Shown piece after piece: positions 1-13,805 of a stretch of DNA of 64,000 nt (positions are counted from its first letter, which is position 1; the number at the start of each line of letters is the position of its first letter). The notes beneath the pieces were generated by a model, which was given only the letters and a program-made list of their open reading frames with translations, made no database searches and was not told the DNA's origin. Location: NCBI RefSeq assembly GCF_009914755.1, contig NC_060939.1; one strand, 5' to 3'. Both the position numbers and the translations under genes were made by a program. This DNA is from the human T2T-CHM13v2.0 reference genome, Homo sapiens.

Positions 1-42
1 CTGGCATGCTTCCCAGGGTCATTCTAAATGGTACCCTTCTAG

Positions 43-188
43 ATATGCAGACACCTAAAAAGAAACGGTAGGGGTTTCTCAGGCCAAGGGTTCTAGGTTG
101 GCATGTGACCTCACCCAGAGAGCAGAGCCCCCTGTGCGGGCTGCATGCAGGTCACAGGGTCAGACAGAGTTCGCTGTGAAGCAAGCTG
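43..188 (+). pseudogene. Candidate pseudo-exon A (xMQTPKKKR*GFLRPRVLGWHVTSPREQSPLCGLHAGHRVRQSSL*SKL)
   Basis: Acceptor cccttctAG (41-42), donor CTG|GTgagg (189-190); ends phase 0, matching exon B; stops TAG 69 and TGA 177. Confidence 0.4.
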
Positions 189-935
189 GTGAGGAACGTG
201 TTGGGGAGTCCTGGAGAGTCTCCCAACACCTCCACAATCAGGCCACTAACTTTGCTGACTCAGGGAACATTTTAATTACAATAAACATCCTTCCACTTAA
301 TGTATTTTGGGAGTTTCTTTCAGCAAATGTATTAGAGACAAAATGAAAATCACAGCCTTCAGAGAAGAGAATTAGTCATATACAAAATTTTGATCCTCAT
401 TCTTAAGCTGCTGGGCCACAGTTGGAGGAAAAGCATCAAGTGTCAGATGGAGAACCCCCCGCCTGGGCAAGCATGATCAACAAGAACTGGATATGTCCAG
501 TAGCCAGAAATCACTAATACATTCCTATCCCTCCGTTTTTCTTATTTCCTACATAGCTAACTTCCTGCTCCACAGGCATCTTAAGAAAAGTAGACCCTCT
601 CTCAAAAACCATTGTGATTCCTCATTAAGAAAGACTAAAGGGAGTTGAGTCATCTTAGAATCTCATTACAATATGATAGAGAATCTTACCTTAGTTCCCC
701 TAATATATTTTTGTGTATTAGAAAGTAGATTTTGAAATGTGAGAGTTATTGTCCTCTTTTTTTTTTTTTTTTTTTACATGAATGCAAGCTCTTGCATTTC
801 TCAAAAAAGCAAGTATGTAGACAGGTGGTTTCTGGATCTCAGAATATACCAACAGAGAAAATAATTAGAAAAATAATTAGAATCAAAGTTTGATGGACAG
901 GTTATTTAAATTAAGTGCCCTTCCTCTGACTCCAG

Positions 936-1038
936 GCACTGTGTAGACTCACAGTGGAGAAGCTGGTCTTACAGCTGTTACAACATTGGCCAGCCCATTT
1001 CACAGGGCCTGGCCTAGTTTTTATAGGAAATGAAGCAG
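936..1038 (+). pseudogene. Candidate pseudo-exon B (ALCRLTVEKLVLQLLQHWPAHFTGPGLVFIGNEA)
   Basis: Acceptor ccttcctctgactccAG, donor CAG|GTgaat; open frame (part of ORF 954..1139); phase 0 to 1. Confidence 0.6.
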
Positions 1039-1160
1039 GTGAATGTCAGTGTTTAGGAGCCAAGACTCCACTGTTCTCTTCTGTTGGGAAAATCTCTGAA
1101 GCATTGTTTAACAATATGCAAAGTGGAATTTCTTTCTGACTGAGTCATTCTTTTGTTGAG

Positions 1161-1336
1161 TCCAGGAAATTAAAGAGAACATTATTCGTGTGCTGAAAAT
1201 GCGGAGTGCATAGTGACTACATGATACATCAGGAGGCTTTGAATTTGTTGATGTGAAGGTAGCAGATGACCATATTAATGTGATGTAGTTACAAGTAAAT
1301 ACAACGCAGAGGGCTAAGTCTATTTGGGATATACAG
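1161..1336 (+). pseudogene. Candidate pseudo-exon C (VQEIKENIIRVLKMRSA**LHDTSGGFEFVDVKVADDHINVM*LQVNTTQRAKSIWDIQ)
   Basis: Acceptor cattcttttgttgAG (the alternative tccAG at 1164-65 would need a 1-nt frameshift), strong donor CAG|GTaagc; stops at 1211, 1214 and 1286; ends phase 0. Confidence 0.55.
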
Positions 1337-1687
1337 GTAAGCTTCGAGGACTCAGCCAGGAATCTTAGAGACCTCATAGATTCCCCTAGGAGAACAAATG
1401 ACAGAATCTGACCAGCTTCCCTGGGATATCGTATAGGAGACATGTCTCCATCTCTGGTCTTCTGACATGGTATCCAGACTTTTGTACTTTGCCACATTCA
1501 CCTTTTTATAAGGAGATTGTTTTTTTCTCAGATCTTGGAAAGTTGGGGGGAGTAAGTGATGGATTCAACACACTGTTGCCTGCATTCTTCCCTTTCCCTT
1601 CCACATCCCTGTGGGACTGATTCTCCGATCTCTACTGCAGTACTCTTGTATTTTTGATGTGATGATATACCCATAAGAAGCAGTGTT

Positions 1688-1810
1688 GTGCTAACTTCGG
1701 CAGCACATACTGGAATGGTAAGAGAAAATTAGCACAGCCCCTGTGCAAGGCTGACATGAAAATGTGTAAAGCATTCCATTTTTAAAAGTAAAATAAAAAC
1801 ATAAAAAATA
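1688..1810 (+). pseudogene. U6 snRNA processed pseudogene (near full-length, diverged) with A-rich tail
   Basis: gtgctaacttcggcagcacatac...attagcacagcccctgtgcaaggctgacatg...gcattccattttt aligns to U6 from its 5' end; A-rich tail; direct repeat agcagtgtt on both sides (ending 1687 and 1818). Confidence 0.93.
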
Positions 1811-1850
1811 GCAGTGTTGATTAGAGAAAAGAAGTACTAGTAACAGTAGC

Positions 1851-3700
1851 CAGGATAAAAAATAACTATACAAAAATCAGTAACATTCCTACACACCAAC
1901 AACATCCAAGTGGAGAGCCAAACCAGGAACACAATCCCATTCACAATAGCCATTAAAAGAATAAAATACCCAGAAATACAGCTAACCACGGAGGCGAAAG
2001 ACCTCTACAAGAATTTCAAAACACTGCACAAAGAAACCAGAGTTGACACAAACAAATGAAAAAGCATTCCATACTCACAGAGAGGAAGAATTAATATTGT
2101 TAAAATTGCCATATTGCCCAATGTAATTTACAGATTCAATGCTGTTACTATCAAACTACCAATGATATTCTTCACGAAATTAGAAAAAAACTATTTTATC
2201 ACATGGAACCAAAAAAGAGCCAGAAGAGCCAAGGCAATCCTAAGCAAAGAGAACACAGCTGGAAGCATCACATTACCCAACTTCAAACTAGACTATAAGG
2301 CTACAGTAACCAAATCATCATGGTACTGGTACCAAAACAGACACACAGACCAATGGAACAGAACGCAGAGCCCAGAAATCATGCTGCATACCTACAACCA
2401 TCTGATCTTCGACAAACTTGACAAAAATAAGCAATGGGGAAGGGAACATCCATTCAATGAATCGTGCTGGGATAACTATCTAGTCATATGCAACAGATTG
2501 AAATTGGACCCCTTCCTTACACCATATACCCAAATCAACTCAAGATGGATTAAAGACTGAAACATAATATCTAAAACTATGAAAACCATGGAAGATAACC
2601 TAGGCAATACCATTCTGGACATAGGACCTGGCAAAGATTTTGCGATAAAGATGCCAAAAGCAATTGCAAAAAAAAAAAAATCAACAAATGGGACTTAATT
2701 AAACTAAAGAGCTTCTGCACAGCAAATAAATTGTCAACAGAGTAAACAGGCAACCTACAGAATGGGAGAAAATATTTGCAAACTATGCATCTGACAAAGG
2801 TCTAATATATTTTCAGAATCTGTAAGGAGCTTAAAGAAATTTACAAGTAAAAACAACACTATGAAAAAGTGGGCAAAGGACATGAACAGACACTTCAGAA
2901 GAATACATACACACGGCCAAAAAGCATATGAAAAACTGCTCAACATCACTAATCGTCAGGTAAATGTAATTCAAAACCACAAAGAGACACCGTCTCACGC
3001 AAGTGAGAATGGCTATTATTAAAAAGGCAAAAAATAACAGATGTTGACTGGATTATGAAGAAATAGAAACTCTTATCCACTGCTGGTGGGAATGTAAATT
3101 AGTTCAGCCATTGTGAAAAGAAGTCTGTCCATTTCTCAAAGAACTTCAAACAGAACTACCATTTGACCCAGCAATCCCATTATTAGGTATGTACCTAAAG
3201 GAATATTAATCATTCTACCATAAAGACACATGCACATGGATGTTCACTGCAGTGCTATTCACAACAGCAAAGACATGGAATCAACCTAAATGCCCATCAA
3301 TAGTCAACTAAAGAAAATATGGTGCACATACACCATGGAATACTATACAGCCATAAAAAAGAATGAGATCATGTTCTTTGCTGCAGCATGGATGGAGCTG
3401 GAGGCTGCTACCCTAAGCAAACTAACACAGGCACAGAAAACTAAATACTGCATGTTTTCACTTATAAGTGACAGCTAAACGTTGAGTACATGTGGACACA
3501 AAGAAAAGAACAGACACTGGGACCTACTTGAGGGTGCAGCATGGGAGGAGAGTGAGGACCAAAAAGCTATCTATTGGGTATTATGCTTATTATCTGGGTA
3601 GTTAAATAATCTGTACACCAAACCCCTGCAACATGCAATTTACCTATGTACATACCTGGACATGTATGCTTGGACCTAAAATAAAAGTTTTTTTTCTTAA
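1851..3700 (+). mobile_element. 5'-truncated LINE-1, old primate subfamily (L1PA13-16/L1PB-like): 3' part of ORF2 plus 3'UTR
   Basis: ORF 2114..2560 is L1 ORF2 ([28 protein letters not shown]); 3' end ...cctaaaataaaag; TSD aacagtagc at 1842-1850 and ~3703-3711. Confidence 0.93.
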
Positions 3701-4104
3701 GAAACAGTAGCATCTACCTACTGAGTACATACTCTGTGCCAGGCTAAATGTTTCACAGACATTCTGCAACCAGAAGGTAACTAGAAAGCTAAGTCCAATG
3801 CTGTCAATATAAGCATATAAAACTGCACCATTGAAAACCACTTCATGAACTACTAGCACATCACACTACGAAAATGTGCTCCAGTTGAGGCCTCTCTTTT
3901 ATTAATTGTCCTCTATTTATCAGAGATGTTTTAGTGAACCTACAAATTCATTTTATACTAATGCCTTAAGTACTGAATGTAAAATGATTATTTTTGCAAT
4001 TCTTGGAGGATATTCAGAAAGTCAATTCCAATGCATCTGGTAGTCTGAATCTGGCTGTTGATGCCAGTGAGCATCTCTTGTATACACTGGATGGATCAGA
4101 GATT

Positions 4105-4215
4105 ACTTAATTTAATCTTCAAAATGCACTGGTTTTCAGATGAAGAATCAAAGGTTCAAACAGGCTAAGTAACTCACCGCTGATCACATCAGTAATAAAT
4201 GATAGAGTCAACCCT
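4105..4215 (-). mobile_element. MIR fragment
   Basis: ttttcagatgaagaatcaaaggttc...aggctaagtaactc resembles the MIR core, reverse strand. Confidence 0.55.
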
Positions 4216-4619
4216 TCCACTCACACTTAGGGGAGCAGTCCTCTCTTCAAGGCTGGCTGAGGAGCCCTTCTCTGAGTTTTAGCTAGCTCTCAGAGACCCT
4301 CTTTGCCAACCCTAAAGCCAAGAGGTTAAGCATAGCTTGCATTTGGGGTCTTGTTGGAGTCTGACCACCAAAAAGCAGCCATTGGCTCTCCCTGACTAAA
4401 AGCTTCTCATTTTCTAAGACCACTTATTTGGGTTTCATTGCAAAGACCAGCTGGGGCTAAAACAGGCAAACTCATGCTCCACAAAAAAAATACCATCGGA
4501 TTATTTTAAAAACTCAAGAAATAAGAAGAGGAACCACATTTAATAGAGAACAATTAGCAATAACATTTGAGAAGGCCTTTGACCTGAATTTCCTAATATA
4601 TCCAGACAGAACTTGGTGA

Positions 4620-4990
<371 letters not shown>

Positions 4991-5659
4991 GTTTTTTTTT
5001 TTTTTAAATGTACTCCAAAACACATAGTTTGAGTTAATTTTGAATGTCAAGATCAACCCTTCTTTGGATCTGTGGGAAAACTCCATATAGCACAGGATGG
5101 TAGAATGTGCTTTCTTCTCAGGATCATGGAAAGGCTTTTCTCATCAGCTTCTACATGACACACATCACAGAAAAGACATCCAACCCACTGATTCACTAGG
5201 TCTCCTTAAGCGTCAGTAGATAGCTGCCTCTATTTTTGAAAATTCTATTGTGAAATATTTCTGACGTACAAAAATATGGAGGAAATAATATTATAAATGC
5301 AGGGATACCTGTCTCCAAACTTAAGAAATAAAGCTGTACAAATACACTTGAGGTGCTATTTTTTTTCCATCCCATCCCCCTAGGGAATGTCCAACATATC
5401 TATACATGTCTTTATGCTTTTACCACATTTGTCTGTATACCTAAACAATATTATTATTTTTGTACAACTCAAACATTACATAAACAGTATATCAATGACA
5501 TTGTTCACAGGTATTCTTCAAAAATTTTTTTCCCTCGACAATATGCATGCAAAAATTTTCTACGTTGATGTTCATTTATTTTCACTGTAGTATAGTATTG
5601 TAATACACAAATATACTTCAATTTACTTCATCATTCTCTTGTCAATATTCATTAATTTA

Positions 5660-6047
5660 TGTGTTAGTCCATTTTCACGCTGCTATAAAGAACTGCCCTA
5701 GACTGGGTAATTTATAAAGGAAAGAGGTTTAATTGACTCACAGTTCAGAACTGCTGGGGAGGCCTCAGGAAACTTACAATCATGGCAGAAGGCTAAGGGG
5801 AAACAAGGCACCTTTTTCACAAGGCAGCAAGGAGGAGAATGAATGCAGGAGGAAATACCTAACACTTACAAAACCGTCAGGTCTCATGAAAACTCACTCA
5901 CTATCATGAGAACAGCACAGAGGAACTGCCCCCGTGATTCAATTACCTCCACCTGGTCTCTTCTCTGATATGTGGGGATTATGGGGATTATGCAAAATTA
6001 TAATTCAAGATGAGATTTGGGTGGGGAGACAAAGCCTCACCATATTA
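5660..6047 (-). mobile_element. MaLR solo LTR (THE1/MSTA-like)
   Basis: tgtgttagtccattttcacgctgctataaag...gagatttgggtgggga..caccatatta. Confidence 0.88.
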
Positions 6048-7002
6048 ATTTGTTTCTAATTTTTTGCTATTAGAAATAAAGATGATATACACCTTATTGT
6101 ATGTGTTTTCTTGGATGCATATGTGAGATTTTCTCTAGCATATATTCTCAGAAATGTAATTGCTGGGTCACAGGGCTTGCTTATTTTCATCTTTGAGATA
6201 CAGCTCCACTGCTTTACGAAGTGGTTGTACAAATTTTCCTTCCAACCTAAAAAGTTTGAGTTTCTGTTTTTCTATATCCTCACCAACACTTAGTATTTTC
6301 AGTCAATTTCTGCCAATCTAATTAGTATGAATCATTATCTCACTGTCTTTTCAATTTGCATTTTCTGATTATAATGAGGTTGAGGGTTTTTTTAATGTCT
6401 TTGTGAAATATTTGGGTATTTCCTTCTGCAAATGATGTGTTTATATCATTTCTCCATTTCTCTAGTGGGATTATTGGGTCTTCTTATCCATTTTTAGCTA
6501 TCCTTTATATACTGCATGTAAACATATTGCAAATCTCTTATCTATGTCTACAATTTTCTTTTCCTTTTTTCTCTACTATGTCTTGAAGCACAGTCATATT
6601 TTAAAATATTAATCAAGTTGAATTTATCTTCTTTATGTTTGTTCTTTGTACCTTTTTTAAAAAACATGTCCCCTACCCCAAGATCACAAAGATAATTTCC
6701 TATACATTTTTATAAAAGAATAAACATTTTTATTTTTATATTTTAGATTCTTATTCCCCATAGCATTGATATTTGCATATAGCATGAGATACAGATAATT
6801 TTTTATAATAGATAACCAGTTGTTCCAAAATCATTTGTTAAACAGACCATCCTTTCAACATTGATTTACAATACAACCCTCTCAGATATCAAGTTTCGTA
6901 TAATTATGAGTAAATTTCTGGGTCATGTATTTGTTTCATTGGTTTGTAGATCTGGCCTTGTATCCAAATCACAGTGGCCCAATTACCATAGTTTCAAAAT
7001 AC

Positions 7003-7309
7003 TTTTTTTTAGATGCAGTCTCATCTGTCACTCAGGCTGGAGTGCAGCAGTGCAATCACCTCCAGCCCAGGAGTTTGAGTGGTGCAGCCTCGAACTCCTG
7101 GGCTCAAGCAATCCTCCCACCTCAGCCTCCCAAGTAGCGAGGATTACAGATGTGAGTCATGCACTGGCTAATTTTTTAAAATTTTATGTAGAAGTGAGGT
7201 CTCATTGTGTTTACCAGGCTTGTCTAGAACTTCTAGCCTCAAGCAATCCTCCCACCTTGGCTTCCCAAAGTGCTGGGATTACAACAGGTGTTAGCCACCT
7301 CCCCAGGCT
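7003..7309 (-). mobile_element. AluJ-like
   Basis: ctgggctcaagcaatcctcccacctcagcctcc; both monomers; diverged. Confidence 0.85.
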
Positions 7310-8164
7310 TCAGAATAATTCTTGATTTCTGGTAAAACATGTTTTTCTACATTAGTTTTCAAACTTGTCTTCAAAAAGTGCAATTATTAACACTTTTCCA
7401 TGTTTTAAAATCACCTTGTCAATTTTTACATAATCTTTATATTTCAATTAGGGTCACATTAGACTTTTAGATTAATTTGGGAGGAGTAAAAATTTTTGTG
7501 ATTTTGAGTGTATCTATAAACATAGTTCATCTCTTCCATTGATTTTTATTTATCAAATAAATTTCAGTACTTATTTATATTTTCTTCATAAATATAATTT
7601 CCAGCTCTTCTTAAATTTATTTCTAGAAACCTTATATATTTTGTTGCTATTATAAATGGTCTCTTTTTAATGGTAGATTTTTTGTTATTAATATGTATCA
7701 CTGTGACTGCTTTTGTAAACAATCTCATTTCCATCAAAATTTCTAAACTCTCATTAATACTAATAATTTGGAGTGTGTCTTGAGTTTTTATGTAGGTAAT
7801 AATGTCATTATAACAATACTATCATATTGTCATAATAATAATAACAGCTTTGTGGGTTTTTTCTTAAGCTCTTATATAACTTTTTTCTGATATGAGGCTA
7901 TGATCTATAGAACAATTTTGCACAGTAAGAGTGATTCTAGGCACATTTTTCTGATGTCTAAAGGATTTTTGAGCAGGTGTTGAATTTTATCACATGATTT
8001 TTAAAGTTAAGATGATTTTATTTATATATATATTTCTTACAATTAATTAGCATCACAAATTACATTAAGAAATTTTCTAATGTTCAACAGTCCTTGTATA
8101 GCTGAGATGGATGCAGCTTGATCATGTGGATGGTAGTTCAATATCTTATCTTTATTGACTGTAT

Positions 8165-8650
8165 ATGTGACAACTGACTGGTTGCCTACCAGACAGACAT
8201 CCCCCCACCCCTGAAAATTTTAATTAGTCCAAGTCAATTCTTGTATTTTTATTTTTTTTAACAAATGAAGGGAAATCTATTTGGGAAGAAAGAGGGAAAT
8301 GTTTCTGAGGGAGATTACTTTGAGGTTAAAAAAAGAGAGAGAGGGTCTCTCTTCTAGCCTGTGGACATTGTGATATATGGATGTGATGCCTGGAGCTGCT
8401 GCCACCTTCTTTGCTGTCATACATAACTCTTTTGCTACCTTTTGATAAAAGCAAACAGGTGAAGGATAGCACAGGAGGAGGACAGAATGGACCTGGCTCC
8501 TTGAGAACTTTGCTGAGGTGCTGAATGAATCCATCCCTGGAACTTTTCCCACCTCTGAACTATTTTTTGTCAAATAATAAACATCTTATTATTTAAACCA
8601 TTTTGAATAGTATCTTTACTAACCTGAGGCTAAAAGTGTTCTTATGAATA
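8165..8650 (+). mobile_element. Ancient ERVL/MaLR LTR (LTR33/LTR16/MLT1-like)
   Basis: ggatgtgatgcctggagctgctgccacc and a 3' aataaa..tttaaacca..ctgaggctaaaag terminus. Confidence 0.55.
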
Positions 8651-8684
8651 TTCTGGTCTCTCTTGTTAACCTACAGTTTAGTTA

Positions 8685-8960
8685 ATTCATTTATTCACAT
8701 ATATCTAACAAATATGAATGAAGGCTGACCACGTGCCAGACACTGCATCCAGGGCTGAAGACAGAGGTGGTTGGGCTCTCCCTTCCAGGAACTCACAGCT
8801 TGGGAAGGGAAACAGACTTTAAGCAAATAATCACAATTCTATATTATACAGTAAAGGAAAGAGATAGTTCCATGGTATTATGGGAGTATCGGGGGCGGCC
8901 CTCTTATTTTATACCAGGAGAGCTAGAGGAAATATCCAAAAGAAAGTTGGGCATTGAAGG
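8685..8960 (-). mobile_element. L2 3' fragment
   Basis: attcatttattca..acaaata..gtgccagacactg..ggaactcacag. Confidence 0.6.
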
Positions 8961-8997
8961 ATAATTATTGTCCTCCAATTGTTAAACATTTACAAAC

Positions 8998-9424
8998 TGT
9001 CTTTATTCACTTAGTGTTAATACAAACAAATACTTGAGGCTGGGTAATTTATAAGGAAAACAGCGTTATTCATCTCATGATTATGCTGGCTGGAAGGTTC
9101 AAATTTGGGCATCTAGTGACAGCATCAGACTGCATCCACTCACAATGGAAGGTAAAAGGGAACTGTCTGTGCAGAGATCACATGGCACGTGAGGAAACAA
9201 GAGAAAGAAAGGGGAGGTGGCAGGGCGGGGAGGTGCCAGGCTCCTTTCAACAACCAGCTCTTGTGGGAACTAATAGAATGAGAACTCACCACCATGGAAA
9301 TGGCAAGCTGTTCATGAGGGATCCACCCCCTAGAGCTAAATACCTCTCATTAGGCCTCACCTCCAACACTGATGATCAAATTTCAACCTAAGATTTGGAG
9401 GGGACAAACTTCCAAACCATGGCA
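8998..9424 (-). mobile_element. MaLR solo LTR (MSTB/MSTD-like)
   Basis: gaggctgggtaatttataagg...atgagggatccacccc...gatttggaggggacaaacttccaaaccatggca. Confidence 0.85.
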
Positions 9425-9453
9425 CCAACATACTACTGCATGGATTGGTATAG

Positions 9454-9649
9454 GGCGCAAAGCTTCCAGAAAGGCCTGACTCCTCACTCACCACCCTGCT
9501 ACATTTCTCTTCCAGAGAGGTGGGCGAGTTCATGCAGAGCACATAGAACTTAAGGATTAGACACTGACCATCTCTCCACAGGCTGGGTGGCTTACGTGAG
9601 CATCTTCAACAACGATTTGTGGATACCACGGAAAATTCAGAAGCAGCAG
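9454..9649 (+). pseudogene. Candidate pseudo-exon D (GAKLPERPDSSLTTLLHFSSREVGEFMQST*NLRIRH*PSLHRLGGLREHLQQRFVDTTENSEAA)
   Basis: AG at 9452-53, donor CAG|GTtaca; phase 0 to 1 links exons C and E; stops at 9544 and 9565; several CpGs. Confidence 0.55.
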
Positions 9650-10319
9650 GTTACAGAGCTCACTTCTGATACTGGCTCCTACTTGACACCTGGAGATGGG
9701 GCTACAATGATTAAAAAACAAGGGAGCACTCCTGTGCCAATGTCTGGAACACAGCGAATCTTCCTCTCTGCCTTCCTACCCGAGGCTTCTTTCCCAGAAC
9801 TCACCAGTGGTTCTGGGCTGCTCTGGCTCAGGCACATTTAGTCATCCTTTGGGATTGATACGGGAGCTTCTTGGGCATCTTTTTGTGTCATGGAGTGAGG
9901 GGTTAATAGACCCCCTGGGACTCTACGATCAAGTTCCTTTATCTCTTCTTCTCAATTTCTTCAGTTAAAAAAATTTCAGTATCTATTTCTAGGACTTTCA
10001 ATCCCCCTCCCGCTGTTAAAGTCTTGACCTCCTACATGATGTGAGTTTTTGAACTTACCCAGATCTGCTGTCAATTCGGTTCCTGAGAACTGTGCTATGT
10101 TTTCCCCTGGGGCTCTCTCCAGTCTCACTTCTTAACTCTCCTCAAGTTCCCTTTACCACCAACCCTAATAGAAAAGAAGGGATGGGACAGGCCATCCTCT
10201 GGGGATCACCAGAATAAGAAACTTCAATCCACAAATGATCAAAGACAATTCACTCTGCAAACGTCTGGACAGACATGAGAAGGAACAAGAATAAAACTAC
10301 CACTCATCCATTAGCATGC

Positions 10320-10740
10320 ATTTTTTTATGATTAAGGTGTTTATCATAGCAACAAAACTAAAACAAAATGAAAAACGAACCAACCAAGTGTTCAGTAAAA
10401 AGGGATGGGTTAAGTAAATCCCGATACATAATTACATCGTAATGCTATGTACCACTCAAAGCTATGATATGGAAGAATATTTAATGGCATAGAACAATGT
10501 TCATGATGTATTGCTAAACAAAAAAAAGTTTACAATACGAATCCTACACACACATGCAGGCACATGTGCAAACATGCATGCACACACACAAGTATGCACA
10601 CGTGCAGACACAGGCATACATAAGTAGCTATGTAGTTATAATATACATAAAGAAAACAAAAGACTGGTAAGAGCCACACATCAAAATGTCAAGTGCTTAT
10701 CATTACATATGATTTTTGCTAATTTTACTTGATTTTTAAT
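10320..10740 (+). mobile_element. Ancient L1ME 3' end fragment
   Basis: tttatcatagcaacaaaact..aaccaagtgttca..ggttaagtaaat..aatgctatgt. Confidence 0.55.
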
Positions 10741-10803
10741 GATCAGATTATATACCATTTTCTTTTTTTTTTTTTTTTACCTTCAAGTTATGAACTATTG
10801 TGA

Positions 10804-11115
<312 letters not shown>

Positions 11116-11894
11116 CCTGACATATACCACTTTTTAAAGGTGATTTTTTTAAAAAATGAAACTTCAGAGCCGCTCATCCCCCTACTTCCTTGCCTCTCTG
11201 AAAAATCTCTTGTGCTTTGAATCTCTGAGCTAAATGATCTTGTCTGCCCCTGGGCTATTGCTAAAGGACAGTGACCTCATTATCAATCACAGAAATCAAG
11301 GCACAAACTGCCAGCAGACTGAGCTTTGAGCTCAGAGCTTCTGCCTGGTTCCCTGTGCGTGAACACAAACTACATAACCTCATGTTGGGTCAAGAGAAGC
11401 CCACTTTCTTTACTCAGTCATTCTAGACAGCAGTAAGCTGCTTTCTATGCATGATTTCCAGTTACCTTGCAAGACGGTGCAAAACTGACTGCTTGGGCAG
11501 GCCTAGGCCAGGTGAGGAGAGAGAACCTTTAGTCCAAACCACATTGTTTACCTCTGATTCACATGCAACAGAGCCTGCTGATCATGCAGAAATGAGTAGT
11601 TCCATTACAAGAATTTTCTAGTTAAAAGCTAATCTATGTTTAATTTTAAATTTAATTTCAAATTTTAAAAAATTCAAGAGAAATATTTTAAAAGTTATTT
11701 TACACTTTCTTGCCTTGGTAAGCAAATTAAATCTAGTGCATTTATTTTGATGAATACTAATTATAATTAATTCTTCTCCACTCTAAGCGATGCTAATGTG
11801 GTGTACAATCTTATACCATGCAGGCCAAAACCCCTTGCCTTTCATGTCTTTTCTGCGTTCATCTCCTCCTTCACTGTTAAGAAGACATTTCATG

Positions 11895-12214
11895 TTCTGT
11901 TTCAGTCAGATGGAGCTGCTATGACAAGATACCATAGGCCAGGCAGATTAAACAACAGAAATTTTTTTCTAGAAATTCAGGGGGTCTAGGAAGTCCAAGG
12001 TCAATGTATGGACAAATCTTATGTCTTTTGAGCGATCGCTGGTGGAGACAGTGAGCTTTACTCTTTCTCTTCTTATAAAGACACTGATTTCATTATGGTG
12101 GCTCCAGTCTCACAAACTCATCCAAACCTAATCACCTTCTAAAGGACCCACCTCCTCTGCAGGGTAGGGCTTCATCATATGCATTTTGGGGGCTGCAAGC
12201 ATACAGCCCATAAC
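11895..12214 (-). mobile_element. MLT1A-like MaLR LTR
   Basis: gctgctatgacaagataccatagg..aaacaacagaaattt..ctcttcttataaagacact..acagcccataaca. Confidence 0.8.
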
Positions 12215-13274
12215 ACCACCTACAGAGGGAAAGTGTTAATTTCTGACCTCCTTTATAATTCTTCACTTTTGATATTATCTTAATTGTGACAACAGAGAAA
12301 CAACTCCTTAATATTGTTTTAATGGATAAGTAAATAAGTTCTGAATAAATCTTTAAGGTTTTGCGTGTTAATGTTTTCACCTATGGGTTTTTGTCTATAC
12401 GTTCAATCTGGTTTGGTCAGAATTTTTTTTTTATTATTTACTGGCTTTTGTTCATTCTTCAGCTAAAGTAGAGGATAAATGATCTTCAAACACAAGGTGT
12501 CCACCTGTCTTTTAAACATGGACTTTACTGTTGGTTTGCTTTTATTTTTCATCTTTCCTTAAATAAAATAAATGTTCTTCAATGGGAAAATCTGCGTCCC
12601 GTATTTGGTCCTCTACTATTCTGAACACAGAGCAGATGCTTGATAAACACTGCGCAACTGGCAATTCACAGACCTCAAAGACTCTTAACTGTGTAGGCCA
12701 GACGTGAAGCCATGAAATAATAAATCAAAGGCACAAGTGTGCATAGCAATATGATGAAAAATTAAATTTCTACGAGAAACTATAATTCCTAAAACAGTGT
12801 TTTTTAAATCTGTTTATCTGGGGACTCCCTACCAAAGAACTCTAAAAACTGCATACTAAGTGGTGCATTTATAGATGTACTTCTAAAATGTGTCATGGTT
12901 AAGTTTACAAAGTTACAGAGAATATGCTTTTTTGATACATTGTAACTATTGACTTTTAAAAATAAAGCTGATCCTTCATTTTAAATATATCTAATAGAAT
13001 CTAGATATCACGGTGATTAATCCTTCCATCATCCACTTTAAAAATCTACAAACAAGTTCCTCTTAATAGACAGAAATTTCATTTTTTCTTCTTGAACTCT
13101 TATTTGTATTCCACTCACTTGGCATAATTTTATTTCTCTAGGTTGACTTATTACAGTTATTGATAGTATACAATACATAGTCTTCATAAAATTTTACTGA
13201 AATGCATATTTAATGAGATAAAGTTTTTAAATTTGTTTTACATATTGCTAAAATGGGATAGAATTAGCTTCCAG

Positions 13275-13565
<291 letters not shown>

Positions 13566-13666
13566 CTACCAGTACTATTTTTTACTTTGATAGATCTACT
13601 GAGTAAATGTTCTTTATATATGTAAGTAAACAGGAATGAAATGAGTACTGTTATAGCAGTGTCAGT

Positions 13667-13741
13667 CTTTTTTTTTTTTTTTTTTTTGAGATGGAGTCTT
13701 GCTCTGTTGCCAGGTTGGAGTGCAGTGGCACCATCTCGGCT
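13667..13741 (-). mobile_element. 5'-truncated Alu (poly-A plus ~50 nt of 3' end only)
   Basis: T-run then gagatggagtcttgctctgttgccaggttggagtgcagtggcaccatctcggct. Confidence 0.85.
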
Positions 13742-13805
13742 TCAAACCATATGCCAAAATTCACAAAATAATCCATTTTCAAAAAATGTTTTAATGATCT
13801 ACCAG

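Larger units (their letters stand above)
5235..8135 (-). mobile_element. Ancient L1M (L1ME/MC-like), interrupted by a MaLR LTR and an AluJ
   Basis: Degenerate T-rich L1 3'UTR/ORF2 motifs (ttgctgggtca, caccaacactt, aatttgggagga). Confidence 0.7.

Noticed and set aside
1108-1497. 129-aa minus-strand ORF
   Set aside because: Antisense to candidate exon C; no recognisable protein or supporting splice chain, whereas the + strand splice sites are coherent.
2114-2560. 148-aa ORF
   Set aside because: Fragment of L1 ORF2, not a host gene.
1688-3700. U6-L1 chimeric retrogene
   Set aside because: U6 and L1 each have their own TSD, and U6 has its own A tail.
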